Origin: Synechococcales cyanobacterium VAR_4_metabat_354
GTDB lineage: Bacteria; Cyanobacteriota; Cyanobacteriia; Cyanobacteriales; Chamaesiphonaceae
NCBI GenBank assembly: GCA_031414775.1
Contig: JANOQI010000016.1
Location: 128,001-192,000, forward strand
DNA length: 64,000 bases
Direction of reading: 5' to 3'
Under the pieces are notes generated by a model. That model was not told the DNA's origin and did not search any database. It saw only the letters and a program-made list of their open reading frames with translations. Made by a program: the position numbers and the translations under genes. Position 1 is the stretch's first letter; each line of letters starts with the position of its first letter. Positions 10,036-22,069 of this stretch are shown here, piece by piece.

Positions 10036-10692
10036 ATGAATTCTTCTTTTTCATCAATCACTAATTCAGAAGGCGACAAGTCCCGTCACTTGAAAGGTCA
10101 GTCTAGTCGCACCACCATTCTGCTGACGGCAGCTCAGCTGGTAACAACGAAAGGACTGGCTGGCTTGTCGATCGGAGAATTGGCTGCTAAGGTCGGAATG
10201 AGCAAGAGTGGTCTCTACGCACATTTCAAATCCAAAGAAGAACTGGAGTTGGCAACAATTGAAATGGCCGCCGTAATTTTTGACGGCGAAGTTCTTCAAC
10301 CAGCCATGAAGGCACCTGCCGGAACTAAGCGGCTCAAGGCACTGGTTAATTCATTTCTTTCCCATCTCGAACGGAGAGTTTTTCCCGGCGGGTGTTTTTT
10401 TTCCGCACTTGCCGCAGAACTCGATACCCGACCCGGTTTGGCACGCGATCGAGTCGTCGAGGTACTCGGCAATTGGCTAGCATTATTGAGGCAGTGTATC
10501 CTAGAAGCGCAAGACCTCCAAGAGATCGATCCCAATGCAGAAGTTGCTCAGGCGGTTTTTGAGATCGAGGCGATGCTCTTGGCAGCTAACTTGCTGTTTG
10601 TCATGATGAATGACCCAATTTATCTAACACAGGGGCGCAGGGGAGTAGAAAATGTGTTAGCGACGCTCGCAATAAGTACGAAGTCGAAGTAG
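10036..10692 (+). CDS. TetR/AcrR family transcriptional regulator
   Basis: HTH LSIGELAAKVGMSKSGLYAHFKSKEEL; C-domain FPGGCFF. Confidence 0.92.
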   Translation: MNSSFSSITNSEGDKSRHLKGQSSRTTILLTAAQLVTTKGLAGLSIGELAAKVGMSKSGLYAHFKSKEELELATIEMAAVIFDGEVLQPAMKAPAGTKRLKALVNSFLSHLERRVFPGGCFFSALAAELDTRPGLARDRVVEVLGNWLALLRQCILEAQDLQEIDPNAEVAQAVFEIEAMLLAANLLFVMMNDPIYLTQGRRGVENVLATLAISTKSK

Positions 10693-10704
10693 AAACGATC
10701 TCTA

Positions 10705-11881
<1,177 letters not shown>

Positions 11882-11890
11882 AAAAAACGA

Positions 11891-11913
11891 TAGAGGCGTA
11901 GCTTACGCCTCTA
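11891..11913 (-). terminator. Hairpin downstream of prs
   Basis: TAGAGGCGTA-GCT-TACGCCTCTA perfect 10-bp stem, T-rich run follows on the minus strand. Confidence 0.6.
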
Positions 11914-11959
11914 AAAATATTGCAAATCTAAAAATATTGTAAAATACCGACTTCAAAAT

Positions 11960-12952
11960 TTAGCGAAACATACTACTCACAGAGCTATCTTCATGTACCC
12001 GCCAAATAGTTTCGCCAATCATATTAGCTACCGACAGCGGCGTGAGCTGGGCAAACATTTTCTGGGGCACAATGGGCAAGGTATTAGTGATAATCACTTC
12101 CTCAAAGATGCCACTGGATAGCCGTTCGATCGCCGGATCGGAAAAGACAGCATGAGTGGCACAGGCATAGACTTGGCGGGCACCTTCCTGGCGTAGAATT
12201 CTGGCTCCTTCGGTAATCGTACCGCCCGTATCAATCATGTCATCTACCAAAATCGCGGTTTTGCCAGATACATCACCTACTACATTCATCACCTCAGCGA
12301 TGTTGTGAGCCTGCCGCCGTTTGTCGATAATCGCGATCGGAGCATCGTTGAGTCTTTTGGCAAAAGCCCGCGCCCGCGCCACACCGCCGACATCTGGTGA
12401 CACCACTACAATATCTTCTAATTTCTTACTGTTGATATAATCGACAATCACTGGTGAACCATAGACATGATCCACCGGAATGTCAAAATATCCCTGAATC
12501 TGAGCCGAGTGTAAGTCCATCGCAATCACTCGATCGGCTCCCGATTTAGTGATTAAATTGGCCACCAGCTTAGCTGTGATCGATTCGCGACCGGCAGTCT
12601 TGCGATCGGCACGGGCATAGCCATAATAAGGTAAAACAGCGGTGATTTGCCGCGCTGAAGCCCGCCGACAGGCATCAATCATTACTAGTAATTCCATCAA
12701 ATGATCGTTCACTGGATTACAAGTCGGCTGAATCAGATAAACATCACAGCCCCGAATTGATTCTTGAATCTGAACATAGATCTCACCATCAGCGAATCTC
12801 TTCCGCGTCATTGGACCTAGATCCATCCCCAGATAACGGGCAATTTCTTGAGAAAGGGGAATATTTGCAGAACCAGAAAAGAGTCGCAAGCGGCTGCTAT
12901 CTATTACTGGAATCACTTTTTGCTGAAGAGGCAAGGTTGCAGACAAGACCAC
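11960..12952 (-). CDS. prs: Ribose-phosphate pyrophosphokinase
   Basis: FADGEIYVQIQESIRG, YGYARADRK, VVSPDVGGVARA, VDDMIDTGGT; start GTG 12952 inferred from AAGGA RBS (ORF track 13033). Confidence 0.95.
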   Translation of the reverse strand: MVLSATLPLQQKVIPVIDSSRLRLFSGSANIPLSQEIARYLGMDLGPMTRKRFADGEIYVQIQESIRGCDVYLIQPTCNPVNDHLMELLVMIDACRRASARQITAVLPYYGYARADRKTAGRESITAKLVANLITKSGADRVIAMDLHSAQIQGYFDIPVDHVYGSPVIVDYINSKKLEDIVVVSPDVGGVARARAFAKRLNDAPIAIIDKRRQAHNIAEVMNVVGDVSGKTAILVDDMIDTGGTITEGARILRQEGARQVYACATHAVFSDPAIERLSSGIFEEVIITNTLPIVPQKMFAQLTPLSVANMIGETIWRVHEDSSVSSMFR

Positions 12953-13110
12953 AGCAGATCCTTTAATAAAATCAGTATTTGCACCCGCAATTCTAGCACC
13001 GATGATTCCCAAATGGTATAAATACTTGAGCAATTTTCACGATTTTGGCAGAATAGTGATTATTTTGACAGCAAAACTAATTGTTATTCGGTATCGAGCA
13101 AGATTGCTCA

Positions 13111-13980
13111 CTACTGCACTAATTGCTCCCAACTCCATACCGTGTTCTCTAGTAACATGGTCACGGTCATGGCGCCCACGCCCCCCGGTACTGGGGTGAG
13201 ATAACTGGCTATGGGTAGCACTGCTGCAAAATCCACATCACCAACTAATTTTGATTTACCATCAGCTTGCTCGATGCGGTTGATCCCAACATCAATGACC
13301 ACCGCTCCGGGCTTCACCATATCAGCGGTGATCATCTGAGACCTTCCCACTGCGGCCACCAAAATATCGGCCTGTTTGCAAACGGCGGCTAAATCAGGAG
13401 TACGAGAATGGGCAATTGTGACGGTTGCATTGGCGGCCAGCAACATTAAGGCCAAGGGCTTGCCCACTAAAATACTCCGACCCACCACGACAGCACTACG
13501 ACCAGCGATCGGAATATCATATTCGGCCAGCAGTCGCATCACGCCGAAAGGAGTACAGCTGCGGAGACCAGCTTCATCGCGGACTAAATGCCCGAGGTTC
13601 AAAGGATGTAGACCATCAGCATCTTTGTGGGGAGCAATTTCGTGCAGCAAAGCCACGGAATCTAAATGACTAGGTAAAGGCAACTGCACCAAAATGCCAT
13701 CTACTCGCTCATCAGCATTTAGTTCATGGATCACGGCGGTTAGTTCGGCCTGGGTGGCATTGGCCGCGAAATGTTTCCCGAACGAAGTGATCCCAATCTT
13801 GGTACAGGCTGTTTCTTTGCCTTTGACATAGGCGGCACTGGCCGGATTATCGCCCACCATCAACACCGCTAAGCCTGGCGGACGACCAATTTTAGTTTGC
13901 CGTTGGGCAATACGAATAGCTAAAGCTGCCTGCATTTTTTGGGCGAGGGCTTTGCCATCTAAAATTTGGGCTGGGGACAT
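13111..13980 (-). CDS. folD: Methylenetetrahydrofolate dehydrogenase/cyclohydrolase
   Basis: [35 protein letters not shown]. Confidence 0.96.
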   Translation of the reverse strand: MSPAQILDGKALAQKMQAALAIRIAQRQTKIGRPPGLAVLMVGDNPASAAYVKGKETACTKIGITSFGKHFAANATQAELTAVIHELNADERVDGILVQLPLPSHLDSVALLHEIAPHKDADGLHPLNLGHLVRDEAGLRSCTPFGVMRLLAEYDIPIAGRSAVVVGRSILVGKPLALMLLAANATVTIAHSRTPDLAAVCKQADILVAAVGRSQMITADMVKPGAVVIDVGINRIEQADGKSKLVGDVDFAAVLPIASYLTPVPGGVGAMTVTMLLENTVWSWEQLVQ

Positions 13981-14026
13981 TTTTAGGCTCCGCTGGAAAA
14001 ACTTAAATCATCATCACTTTAAATCA

Positions 14027-15313
14027 TTACTGTCCCTGGCGTTGCCAACTGCTAATCGGTTGCAACTGTAAGCCTAGTTGTTGCTCTGGTTGTCCGGAAG
14101 CTGTTGGCCAGTTGCCCAGCTGTTTGATCGGCAGTTGGCTATTGTAAGTAACGGTATCCCACTGCTGAAGCAACAAACTACCAGTGATCCCCGTTCCCAT
14201 TTTGGGTGCCGCCCAACTACTGCCAAGCGCTAACGGGGCATGGATCAAAGCCATGATGCTAGCGCTATCTTTAATGGAGAATTTGAGCGTTTGATCGCTC
14301 CCATAGATCCGCAATTTTTCGGGGTGGGGTTGAGTCTCGCCCGTCACTTGAACAATAACCTGACCACCACCTAGATCAATATTTCCTCGGGTGTAGAGAT
14401 TGACTGACTGGTTAGCTGCCACCTGCACTGTAATTTTTTGATCATCGGGTAGTTGGATCGAATTATTGAGGGTGTCAGCTTCCACTACATAGTCAAAGTT
14501 GCCCTGGGCATCAGGAAAGTCGGCGCGGCGCGGCAGAGTGATGTTACTTTTGATTACTGGCACCGAGATGGCACTTGCTGGAGCCAGCTGGGGCAACGGC
14601 CAAAACGTATCCACTGCGGCGGTGATGGTACCATTCGCCACATTAGTGCTGACAATTCCCGGTACTCGATCGACATCAGCTAAATCTGGACAAGTATGGG
14701 CGCGAACATCGCCGGTGACTTTAGTCGTGCTGCTCATATTAAAGCTTTTTGCCCACAGGGCGGGCGGTGGTGTAGGCGAGCTAGCGGTGGCAATCGGAAT
14801 TTCCACGGCCAACTGACTCACAGCTGGTCGCAGACCACCAGTCACCTGTCCTTCGATAGTCAGCGTCGCTAGCCCGACTTGTCCATTACTGCCCAGTTGC
14901 GATCGATAGTTGTAGCTAAGCATTCGATATTGGTGGTTAGCCTGACCAGCATTCAACCATTGTCCTTGAGCATAACCCTGACCTTCTACCCAGGCATTAT
15001 GGAGAGAGAGATTTGGACAGGAGCCAATTTCGTTGTTTAAATTAGCAACCAGGGTCGCCCACTGGGTAGAGTTTTGAGTAGCAAAAAGGCGATTTTGAGT
15101 CAAAAAAGACTGTAACCGGATGATGCCAATCTCGGCAGCATTCATTGCGCCTTCACTTCTAACTTGCATCCCGGCGATTGCCTGGTCACTTTGCACCCGA
15201 TTGATCAGAGCAGCAGTAATCAAAACCATCACCATGCCGATGCCCATAACCGTGGGGATCGTAAATCCTTGCTCCTGGCGATAAGATCGATCAAACCTGT
15301 CAAATCTGTTCAT
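14027..15313 (-). CDS. PilX-like minor pilin/pseudopilin
   Basis: QQGFTIPTVMGIGMVMV prepilin-type N-terminus without Glu5, then AMNAAEIGI; start ATG 15313 overlaps upstream TGA. Confidence 0.65.
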   Translation of the reverse strand: MNRFDRFDRSYRQEQGFTIPTVMGIGMVMVLITAALINRVQSDQAIAGMQVRSEGAMNAAEIGIIRLQSFLTQNRLFATQNSTQWATLVANLNNEIGSCPNLSLHNAWVEGQGYAQGQWLNAGQANHQYRMLSYNYRSQLGSNGQVGLATLTIEGQVTGGLRPAVSQLAVEIPIATASSPTPPPALWAKSFNMSSTTKVTGDVRAHTCPDLADVDRVPGIVSTNVANGTITAAVDTFWPLPQLAPASAISVPVIKSNITLPRRADFPDAQGNFDYVVEADTLNNSIQLPDDQKITVQVAANQSVNLYTRGNIDLGGGQVIVQVTGETQPHPEKLRIYGSDQTLKFSIKDSASIMALIHAPLALGSSWAAPKMGTGITGSLLLQQWDTVTYNSQLPIKQLGNWPTASGQPEQQLGLQLQPISSWQRQGQ

Positions 15314-15846
15314 GGAATACTGGCACACAGCCGCTGAGCTTGGTCGTAAGTGCCTTGGCGCAGAATGCCGATCGGTGCTGATACCACCACACATTTGGGG
15401 GGTGCTGAACTATTGAGCAGGTTCAAGAAAATAGTACGATTATCGGTGGTATTGCCTTTAGCCCCGTAAGAAATCGAACTACTGCCACTGTGAGCTAAGG
15501 TAATGCCGGTGGGTAATGATCGATCGCCTGTCACCAGGCAGTGATTGCTACCGTTAGCCAAAATCTTGGCCTGCCCCGCATCAAAAGTTACGATACAACT
15601 GTGATTGCGTTCGATCGCCCGTTGTTGAGCTTCTTGCAGAGCTGCAAACACCATATTGACCGCATTATTGAGCTGTTGCCGCTGATACATGGCCAACACA
15701 TTAGGAATGCCGATCGCCGCGATGGTTCCAATAATAGCAAGCACAATCAATATTTCTAATAAAGTAAAACCACTGTGGCTAGGCGCATTGGAAAACAGCA
15801 TCTGCCATAACCTCGCTATAGAAACTAGCCACCGGGATTGCTCCAC
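15310..15846 (-). CDS. FimT/GspH-like minor pilin (prepilin cleavage/methylation domain)
   Basis: SGFTLLEILIVLAIIGTIAAIGIP, LQEAQQRAI; true start uncertain. Confidence 0.8.
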   Translation of the reverse strand: MEQSRWLVSIARLWQMLFSNAPSHSGFTLLEILIVLAIIGTIAAIGIPNVLAMYQRQQLNNAVNMVFAALQEAQQRAIERNHSCIVTFDAGQAKILANGSNHCLVTGDRSLPTGITLAHSGSSSISYGAKGNTTDNRTIFLNLLNSSAPPKCVVVSAPIGILRQGTYDQAQRLCASIP

Positions 15847-16285
15847 TCATGCGGGGACGAACTTGATATTGAATGCCTAAGATATGGTAAGGACTATTAG
15901 CAATCGAGAGGGTGCGCAACAGCTCAAATTCTTGACCGCTGGCATTGCGTTTGATTTGAACCGGCAAGTTGTAGGGGGCTGTACCAGTCACATTTGTTTG
16001 GGCAATGTGATCGCGCAAGGCATCAGCAAACCCTCTATCGGTAGTGGGCGATTGGCAGCGAGTTCGATCAAACGCCAACTGGGAAATATTAGCTTGCCAA
16101 CGCAACTCCGCTAAATCACTGTAAATCCATTTCAACGCTTCTGTTTGACGAAAAGCCTTGGCCTGGAGCAACGTGGCTGTCAAGACCCCTTGCAAAGACA
16201 AGCCCACAAAAGCTGTTGCCACCAAAATAGAGATTAATACTTCCATTAAGGTAAAGCCTTGGATCGATCGCACAGACTGTTGCAT
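15779..16285 (-). CDS. PilV-like minor pilin (prepilin domain)
   Basis: IQGFTLMEVLISILVATAF; start ATG 16285. Confidence 0.75.
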   Translation of the reverse strand: MQQSVRSIQGFTLMEVLISILVATAFVGLSLQGVLTATLLQAKAFRQTEALKWIYSDLAELRWQANISQLAFDRTRCQSPTTDRGFADALRDHIAQTNVTGTAPYNLPVQIKRNASGQEFELLRTLSIANSPYHILGIQYQVRPRMSGAIPVASFYSEVMADAVFQCA

Positions 16286-16369
16286 CACTAAATCACCAAT
16301 AATTAGGCAACATCCCAAAAATACTAAAGCTAGCTAAAGTACCCCCAAACCTGGGGGTAAGGGGCAGTT

Positions 16370-16606
16370 TTAAAACTTATTTAAGTTCAAACCTGCTTCT
16401 TTAGCCATAGCCACTAAGCCTTTACGTTCTAAAGTTTTGATAGCTTTAGTAGAAATTCGTAATTTGACCCAACGGTTGCCTTCAGCCCACCAGATCCTCT
16501 TCCACTGCAAATTGACATTTTGCAATTTCTTGGTGCGGCGATGGGAGTGGGAAACAGACATGGCGTTGTTCGCCCTTTTCCCGGTTAATTGACATACTTG
16601 CGACAT
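16370..16606 (-). CDS. rpmB: 50S ribosomal protein L28
   Basis: [36 protein letters not shown]. Confidence 0.96.
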   Translation of the reverse strand: MSQVCQLTGKRANNAMSVSHSHRRTKKLQNVNLQWKRIWWAEGNRWVKLRISTKAIKTLERKGLVAMAKEAGLNLNKF

Positions 16607-16851
16607 GTAATCCTCAATTCTTACAACTAGGCACAATTTTTAAGTTTAACTAACTCTGGTCAATTATGCTGCTATCTATACTGTAAACCAGCAAAACTAC
16701 ATATGGCAACTATCTATACTAGTAAATTTGCTTGAACTAATCAGTGAGCTAGATTGCTCGTAAGTTGGCCTGAAAAATTCAATTAAATGATTGATCATTA
16801 ACCACCCTTGGCCGATGATGAGATAGTAGGCGTTGAATAACAGAGGTTGCT

Positions 16852-18141
16852 GTGAAACGAGTTTTAAGCATTATTTTAGGTGGTGGTGCAGGAAGCAGGT
16901 TGTATCCACTAACTAAGCTCAGAGCCAAGCCTGCCGTCCCACTTGCTGGTAAATATCGACTAATCGATATCCCGGTCAGCAATTGTATAAATTCCGAAAT
17001 TTTCAAACTCTACGTTCTAACCCAATTCAACTCGGCCTCTTTAAACCGCCATTTGGCAGCTACTTACACTTTCACTAGTTTTACTAATGGGTTCGTAGAA
17101 GTTTTGGCCGCTCAACAAACTCCGGATAACTCCAACTGGTTTCAAGGTACTGCCGATGCGGTAAGACAGTATCTTCAGTTGTTTGAAGATGCTGATGTAG
17201 ACGAATACCTAATTCTCTCTGGCGATCATCTTTATCGGATGGACTATCGGCAATTTGTGGAACGCCATCGGCAGACTAATGCCGACATCACAATTTCGGT
17301 GGTGCCTATGGATGAAAAACGCGCCTCCGATTTTGGGCTGATGAAAATTGACGAACAAGGCCGCATCATAGACTTTAGCGAAAAGCCCCAAGGTGACGCG
17401 CTTAAGGCCATGCAAGTAGATACTACTACCCTCGGACTCAACCCAGAGCAAGCTGCACAGCAACCTTATATTGCCTCAATGGGCATTTATGTTTTTAAGA
17501 AAGAAGTTTTAATTAAACTCCTCAAAGAATCGCTGGAGCAGACGGACTTTGGCAAAGAAATTATTCCCGGTGCTGCCGGTAAATATAATCTCCAAGCCTT
17601 CCTCTTCGATGGTTATTGGGAAGACATTGGGACAATCGAGTCTTTCTATGATGCTAATTTAGCGCTGACTCAGCAGCCAGTGCCTCCATTTAGTTTCTAT
17701 GCTCAAGACGCACCGATTTATACCAGATCTCGCTATTTGCCGCCCACTAAGATGATTGATGCTCACATCACAGATTCGATGATCAGTGAAGGCTGTATTT
17801 TAAAGAACTGCCGGATTCATCACTCGGTCTTGGGAGTACGTTCTCGGGTTGGTGCTAACTGTGTGGTGGAAGATGCCATGATGATGGGCGCTGATTACTA
17901 CGAGCATTTTGAGGATCGGGTGTTTCAGGCCGAAAGAGGCGAAGTATCGCTCGGTATCGGTGCTGGCAGTACTATCCGGCGGGCGATCATTGACAAGAAT
18001 GCCAGAATTGGCACTAATGTGAATATTGTGAATAAAGATAATGTGCAGGAAGCGCAGCGAGAAGACCAGGGATTCTATATTCGTAGTGGTATTGTCGTGG
18101 TGCTGAAAAATGCCATTATTCCCAATGATACAGTGATTTAG
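16852..18141 (+). CDS. glgC: Glucose-1-phosphate adenylyltransferase
   Basis: [54 protein letters not shown] start. Confidence 0.97.
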   Translation: MKRVLSIILGGGAGSRLYPLTKLRAKPAVPLAGKYRLIDIPVSNCINSEIFKLYVLTQFNSASLNRHLAATYTFTSFTNGFVEVLAAQQTPDNSNWFQGTADAVRQYLQLFEDADVDEYLILSGDHLYRMDYRQFVERHRQTNADITISVVPMDEKRASDFGLMKIDEQGRIIDFSEKPQGDALKAMQVDTTTLGLNPEQAAQQPYIASMGIYVFKKEVLIKLLKESLEQTDFGKEIIPGAAGKYNLQAFLFDGYWEDIGTIESFYDANLALTQQPVPPFSFYAQDAPIYTRSRYLPPTKMIDAHITDSMISEGCILKNCRIHHSVLGVRSRVGANCVVEDAMMMGADYYEHFEDRVFQAERGEVSLGIGAGSTIRRAIIDKNARIGTNVNIVNKDNVQEAQREDQGFYIRSGIVVVLKNAIIPNDTVI

Positions 18142-18168
18142 ATATCAATTAATTTTAAAATAGAGTAG

Positions 18169-18196
18169 AAGAGGGCAATATAACTGCCCTTTTTTA
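18169..18196 (+). terminator. Rho-independent terminator after glgC
   Basis: AGGGCA-N7-TGCCCT stem followed by a T run. Confidence 0.65.
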
Positions 18197-18293
18197 TTGG
18201 CTTCCCACTGTTGATAATATTTGGCTTAACAGGGAAACCCCGAGAGGAAATCTAGCAGTGTTAGAATACCAAGGCCATTAACTGCCGCCTGCC

Positions 18294-20750
18294 ATGAATT
18301 CAATCGCTAACCATCGCCCAGAACTACTTGCTCCCGCCGGCGATTGGGTTTGCGCTAAAGCTGCTGTCGAAAATGGTGCCGATGCCATTTACTTTGGTTT
18401 GGATCGTTTTAATGCCCGGATGCGGGGGGATAACTTTACCGAAGCTGACTTGCCAGAATTAATGTCTTTTCTGCATCAGCGGGGTGTCAAAGGCTATCTC
18501 ACTCTCAATACTTTAATTTTCCCCTCAGAGCTAGCAACTGTCGAGCAATATCTAAAGACAGCTTTGCGATCGGGCGTCGATGCGGTCATTGTTCAAGATG
18601 TGGGAATCTGTCGGCTAATTCGGCATATTTCCCCCGATTGGCCGATCCATGCCTCTACCCAAATGACTATCACCAGTGCCGCTGGAGTGGAATTCGCAGA
18701 GGAATTGGGTTGTAACTTGGTGGTTTTAGCCAGGGAATGTTCGATCAAAGAAATTACTAAAATCCAAGATCAACTGAGCGCTAAAAATCTGAGTCTACCG
18801 CTGGAAATCTTTGTACATGGGGCGCTCTGTGTTGCTTACTCCGGTCAATGCTTAACTAGTGAATCTCTCGGCGGTCGGTCGGCCAATCGGGGAGAATGCG
18901 CTCAGGCTTGCCGTTTGCCCTATGACTTAATTACTGATGGCAAGTTAGTGGAGTTAGGCGACAGGCAGTATTTGCTCAGCCCTCAAGATTTGGCTGGAAT
19001 TGAACTACTACCGGCGATTGTGCAAGCGGGAGTGAGCTGCCTCAAGATTGAAGGCCGTCTGAAAGCACCAGAATATGTGGCTAGTGTCACCCGGATTTAT
19101 CGCCAAGCGATCGATCAATTAACTACTCCCATCACTGCCGCTGATCGATATGAGCTGGAGATGGCTTTTTCCCGAGGACTAGCTCCTGGCTGGCTGGCCG
19201 GTATTGATAACCAAAAATTGGTGCAAGGTGAATATAGTAGTAAACGCGGTGTGTTAGCTGGTGCTGTGACTCAAGTTCGATCGCGAGAAGTAACCGTAAA
19301 AGTCACCACTACAATTAAACCTGGGGATGGGGTGGTGTTTGGTCTGGGCACTACTCAATCTCATCGCCCCTCGATTGGAGGCAGAATTTATACCGTCACG
19401 CTGCTCACTAAAGATTCGGCAGTACTCACGTTTAATTGGGATGATGTAGATCTAAGCTTGGTGGTAGTTGGCGATCAGCTTTGGAAAACCAGTGACCCAG
19501 AGCTAGAAAAGAAAGTGCGGCTAACCTATGCTGGTGAACAAGTTCGCACAGCTCAACCACTACAGTTCGAAATTTATGGATCGATCGATCAACCGCTGAC
19601 CGTGATTGCCAGAGATCGGCAAGGACATATAGTGCGAGTAGATTCGATGATGCCGCTATCGATCGCCCACAATCGGCCCTTAACCACCGAGAAGCTTAAT
19701 CAGCAACTGGGACGGTTGGGTGGTACTCCCTTTAGCTGGGGAGGATTCACCTGCGATATTCCAGATAATGGGATGCTGCCAGTTAGTGAATTGAATCGGA
19801 TGCGCCGGACTTTGGTGGAGCAGCTCTTGGAGCTACGAACTCAAGAATGTCGCTGGCAGATAGATGAGACTGCCAATGTCCAAAATCTGCTGCCGATCGT
19901 CACAACAGTATCAACACCGGTAAAGCTACGAGTGTTGGTCAGAAGTTTGCCACAACTAGAAGCAGCGGTGGATGCCAACATCGAACAGATTTATTGTGAG
20001 TTTATCGATCCGCGCCATTATCGAGCGGCGGGTCGGATTGCTGATGATCGGGTCGAGATTTTTGCGGTGCCACCGCGTATTACTAAACCCGGAGAACTTT
20101 GGACGCTGGAGCAGTTAGCAACTTGTGAACCGGCTGGTTACTTGATACGTAACTATGATCAGCTGGAGTTCTTTCAAGGTCAGCGTTGTGTTGGCGACTT
20201 TTCGCTGAATGTAGCCAATGCCTTGACGGCAGACTATTTTCAGCGGCGTTATCGACTGGAGCGGTTAACGGCCTCTTATGACCTAAATATTTCGCAGTTG
20301 CTAGATTTTCTAGAAACTTATCCGGCGCAGCAGATCGAGGTAACTATTCATCAGCATATGCCGATGTTCCATATGGAGCATTGTGTATTTTGTGCTTTTC
20401 TCTCGGATGGTACCGACCATACTAATTGTGGTCGTCCTTGTGAAACGAAGCAGGTGGAGTTAAGAGATCGAGTAGGCACTAACCATATTTTGCAAGCAGA
20501 TGTGGGATGTCGGAACACTCTTTATAATGGTAAGGCGCAAACTGGTGCAGAGTATGTGCAACAGCTAATTAATTACGGGGTAAGTCATCTACGGTTGGAG
20601 TTTGTGCAGGAGGATGCGGCGACGGTGACGAAGACGATCGAATATTATCGTCAGTTGATTTCTGGGGAGATGAGTGGTACGCAGCTTTGGCAAAACCTTC
20701 AGCTTTATAACCAACTGGGCGTGACACGCGGTACTCTCACTAAACATTGA
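18294..20750 (+). CDS. U32 peptidase family protein (RlhA-like RNA hydroxylase)
   Basis: PELLAPAG, HASTQM, HGALCVAYSGQC...SANRGECAQACR, LKIEGRLK; 818 aa long form. Confidence 0.88.
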   Translation: MNSIANHRPELLAPAGDWVCAKAAVENGADAIYFGLDRFNARMRGDNFTEADLPELMSFLHQRGVKGYLTLNTLIFPSELATVEQYLKTALRSGVDAVIVQDVGICRLIRHISPDWPIHASTQMTITSAAGVEFAEELGCNLVVLARECSIKEITKIQDQLSAKNLSLPLEIFVHGALCVAYSGQCLTSESLGGRSANRGECAQACRLPYDLITDGKLVELGDRQYLLSPQDLAGIELLPAIVQAGVSCLKIEGRLKAPEYVASVTRIYRQAIDQLTTPITAADRYELEMAFSRGLAPGWLAGIDNQKLVQGEYSSKRGVLAGAVTQVRSREVTVKVTTTIKPGDGVVFGLGTTQSHRPSIGGRIYTVTLLTKDSAVLTFNWDDVDLSLVVVGDQLWKTSDPELEKKVRLTYAGEQVRTAQPLQFEIYGSIDQPLTVIARDRQGHIVRVDSMMPLSIAHNRPLTTEKLNQQLGRLGGTPFSWGGFTCDIPDNGMLPVSELNRMRRTLVEQLLELRTQECRWQIDETANVQNLLPIVTTVSTPVKLRVLVRSLPQLEAAVDANIEQIYCEFIDPRHYRAAGRIADDRVEIFAVPPRITKPGELWTLEQLATCEPAGYLIRNYDQLEFFQGQRCVGDFSLNVANALTADYFQRRYRLERLTASYDLNISQLLDFLETYPAQQIEVTIHQHMPMFHMEHCVFCAFLSDGTDHTNCGRPCETKQVELRDRVGTNHILQADVGCRNTLYNGKAQTGAEYVQQLINYGVSHLRLEFVQEDAATVTKTIEYYRQLISGEMSGTQLWQNLQLYNQLGVTRGTLTKH

Positions 20751-20769
20751 AATTTTTCAACTTACAACT

Positions 20770-21951
20770 ATGAAATATCGTCGTTTTGGCCGTACCGAAA
20801 TTCAAATGCCTGTATTTTCCTGTGGAGGAATGCGCTATCAATACAAATGGCAAGATGTAGCAATCGCCGAAGTACCTGCCGCAAATCAGCGCAACCTCGA
20901 AGCTACCATTCGCCGTTCTCTGGAATTGGGCATTAATCATATTGAAACCGCCAGGGGCTACGGTTCCTCTGAAGTGCAGTTAGGCCAGATTTTACCGCAA
21001 CTTGATCGGTCTACTCTCACCTTCCAAACCAAGATTGGGCCTACCGAAGACGCTCAGGAATTTTTGGCCGACTTCAATACATCTTTATCGCTACTGAACC
21101 TAGATTATGTAGATCTGCTGGGGATTCATGGCATTAATAATCAGGAAACCTTCGACCAAACCATGCGCCCTGGTGGTTGTCTAGAAATTGCGAAACAGCT
21201 AAAACAGGCAGGCCGGGTCAAACACATTGGTTTTTCCACCCACGCTCCCATCAATGTCATTTGTCAGACGATCGATACTGACCAATTTGACTATGTGAAT
21301 TTGCATTGGTACTACATCAACCAACTCAACTGGCCTGCGATTGAAGCCGCCACTGCCCACGATATGGGCGTGTTCATTATCAGCCCGACCAATAAAGGCG
21401 GTTTGCTCAACAAACCCTCCACGCGGTTAGTCGAACTCTGTGCGCCCCTCAGCCCGATGGTCTTTAACGATTTGTTTTGTCTCAGTCATCCCCAAGTGCA
21501 TACCCTGAGCGTCGGGGCAGCTATGCCCGGCGATTTTGACGAGCATCTTAAAACATTGGAATTGTTGGACAAAGCCACCGAAATATTGCCACCGCTGATC
21601 GATCGATTAGAACAGGCGGCGATCGAAAAATTGGGGATTGACTGGTTTCAAACTTGGCGGCAGGGTCTACCAGAACATTCCGCCACCCCCGGCAACATCA
21701 ACATCCCAATGATTCTGTGGTTACGCAATCTGGCGATCGCTTACGACATGACTGAGTATGGTCAGATGCGTTACAACTTGCTAGAAAACGGTGGGCATTG
21801 GTTTCCGGGGGCAAAGGCAACATCGATCAATCAATATGATTTTGCGTTTTGTTTAGAGAATAGTCCTCATGCCGACAAGATTCCAGCTTTGTTGATGGAT
21901 ACCGATCGGCTATTAGGTGGAGCAGCCGTGCAACGTTTATCGCAGAGTTAG
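20770..21951 (+). CDS. Aldo/keto reductase family oxidoreductase
   Basis: YRRFGRTE, GINHIETARGYGSSE, DYVDLLGIHG, HIGFSTH. Confidence 0.88.
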   Translation: MKYRRFGRTEIQMPVFSCGGMRYQYKWQDVAIAEVPAANQRNLEATIRRSLELGINHIETARGYGSSEVQLGQILPQLDRSTLTFQTKIGPTEDAQEFLADFNTSLSLLNLDYVDLLGIHGINNQETFDQTMRPGGCLEIAKQLKQAGRVKHIGFSTHAPINVICQTIDTDQFDYVNLHWYYINQLNWPAIEAATAHDMGVFIISPTNKGGLLNKPSTRLVELCAPLSPMVFNDLFCLSHPQVHTLSVGAAMPGDFDEHLKTLELLDKATEILPPLIDRLEQAAIEKLGIDWFQTWRQGLPEHSATPGNINIPMILWLRNLAIAYDMTEYGQMRYNLLENGGHWFPGAKATSINQYDFAFCLENSPHADKIPALLMDTDRLLGGAAVQRLSQS

Positions 21952-22069
21952 GGAGTAGCAATGAAATAAGATACCGTTTGGGTGGTTGCAGGGAGATCGT
22001 TAACAAGGCAAGAGGTTTCTAGTTCGTTTCGATTGTAGCTAATGTTTATGTTAAGAAGGATTTAAAAGT

